From the NCBI GenBank assembly GCA_008369845.1, contig MRSU01009624.1, positions 1 to 43,498 on the forward strand: 43,498 bases of DNA, read 5' to 3'. Below the pieces are notes generated by a model. That model saw only the letters and a program-made list of their open reading frames with translations, was not told the DNA's origin and made no database searches. The translations under genes and the position numbers were made by a program. Position 1 is the stretch's first letter, and every line of letters begins with the position of its first letter. Source of the stretch: Trichomonas gallinae (taxonomy: Eukaryota). Shown here piece by piece: positions 42,504 to 43,498 of this stretch.

Positions 42504-43498
42504 ATGGCCTGCTCTTCCCCACAAGGTGCACCATTCGAGTACAGAATCCAGGACATCAACCTCCACGTCCTCGGCCGTAAGGAACTCACACTCGCTGAGA
42601 AGGAAATGCCAGGACTTATGGTTCTCCGTGAGCGCTTCTCCGCTACAAAGCCACTCAAGGGCATCAGAATCTCTGGCTCCCTCCACATGACAGTCCAGAC
42701 AGCCGTCCTCATCGAGACACTCGTCGCTCTCGGTGCTGATGTCAGATGGGCATCTTGCAACATCTTCTCTACACAGGATACAGCCGCCGCTGCCGTCGTC
42801 GTCGGCCCAACAGGCACACCAGAGAAGCCAGCTGGTGTTCCAGTCTTCGCCTGGAAGGGCGAGAAGCTTCCAGATTACTGGGAGTGCACATACAGAGCCC
42901 TCACATGGCCAGATGGCAAGGGTCCAAACCAGATTGTCGATGATGGTGGTGATGCTACACTCCTCATCGCTAAGGGCCACGAATTCGAATGCGCTGGCGC
43001 CGTCCCAGAGCCAACAGACAATGATAACGAGGAATACCGCTGCGTCCTCGCTGTTCTCAAGCAGGTCTTCAACCAGGACAAGAACCACTGGCACAATGTT
43101 GTTGCCGACATGAACGGTGTCTCTGAGGAGACAACAACAGGTGTCCACAGACTCTACCACCTCGAGGCCCAGGGCAAACTCCTCTTCCCAGCCATCAACG
43201 TTAACGATTCCGTTACAAAGTCCAAGTTCGATAACATCTACGGTTGCCGCCACTCCCTTATCGATGGTATCAACCGTGCTTCCGATGTTATGATCGGCGG
43301 CAAGACAGCTCTCGTCATGGGCTACGGCGATGTCGGCAAGGGCTGTGCTCAATCACTCCGCGGTCAGGGTGCTCGCGTCATCATTACAGAAATTGACCCA
43401 ATCTGCGCTCTCCAGGCTGCCATGGAAGGCTACCAGGTCCGCCGCATCGAGGAAGTCGTCAAGGATGTCGATATCTTCGTCACATGCACAGGCAACTG
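42504..43498 (+). CDS. SAHH: S-adenosyl-L-homocysteine hydrolase (3' end outside the window)
   Basis: [39 protein letters not shown]...[62 protein letters not shown]. Absent from the ORF track because no stop lies in the window; strong C-ending codon bias. Confidence 0.98.
   Translation, partial: MACSSPQGAPFEYRIQDINLHVLGRKELTLAEKEMPGLMVLRERFSATKPLKGIRISGSLHMTVQTAVLIETLVALGADVRWASCNIFSTQDTAAAAVVVGPTGTPEKPAGVPVFAWKGEKLPDYWECTYRALTWPDGKGPNQIVDDGGDATLLIAKGHEFECAGAVPEPTDNDNEEYRCVLAVLKQVFNQDKNHWHNVVADMNGVSEETTTGVHRLYHLEAQGKLLFPAINVNDSVTKSKFDNIYGCRHSLIDGINRASDVMIGGKTALVMGYGDVGKGCAQSLRGQGARVIITEIDPICALQAAMEGYQVRRIEEVVKDVDIFVTCTGN

Noticed and set aside
42483..43352. 289-aa antisense ORF and other ORFs overlapping SAHH
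   Set aside because: Shadow of the strong codon bias of the highly expressed plus-strand SAHH gene.

Overview
AT-rich, gene-dense eukaryotic DNA from a trichomonad parabasalid (Trichomonas sp.). The evidence is TCA(Y)W initiators 5-20 nt before ATGs, AAAGTGAC (M2-like) promoter motifs, TAAA poly(A) signals overlapping several stop codons, nearly intronless genes, and typical families (DUF3447/ankyrin, BspA relic, M60-like peptidase, SAHH). The window holds tRNA-Thr(AGT) and about 18 protein genes: an Hsp110-like chaperone, a possible Integrator subunit 7-like protein, three LRR proteins, two ankyrin proteins, a Cdc24-like OB-fold protein, a CAMK-type pseudokinase, a Sec7 Arf-GEF, CFAP100, an M60-like surface metallopeptidase, an RmlC fusion and the 5' part of SAHH. 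The most unusual element is an ankyrin gene at 9327-8775 (-). It is interrupted twice, at the same point of consecutive repeats, by short AT-rich stop-containing inserts (about 35 and 17 nt) that cannot be removed as GT-AG introns. A similar interruption appears in an ankyrin fragment at 25.8 kb. This suggests non-canonical splicing or ribosomal bypassing, though pseudogenisation is not excluded. Also notable are a recurrent promoter-proximal TTTACATG(A/T/G)CA element, a 22-bp phased M2 array and a 21-bp hairpin capped by GCGAAGC. Family assignments are by eye from remembered motifs; no searches were run.
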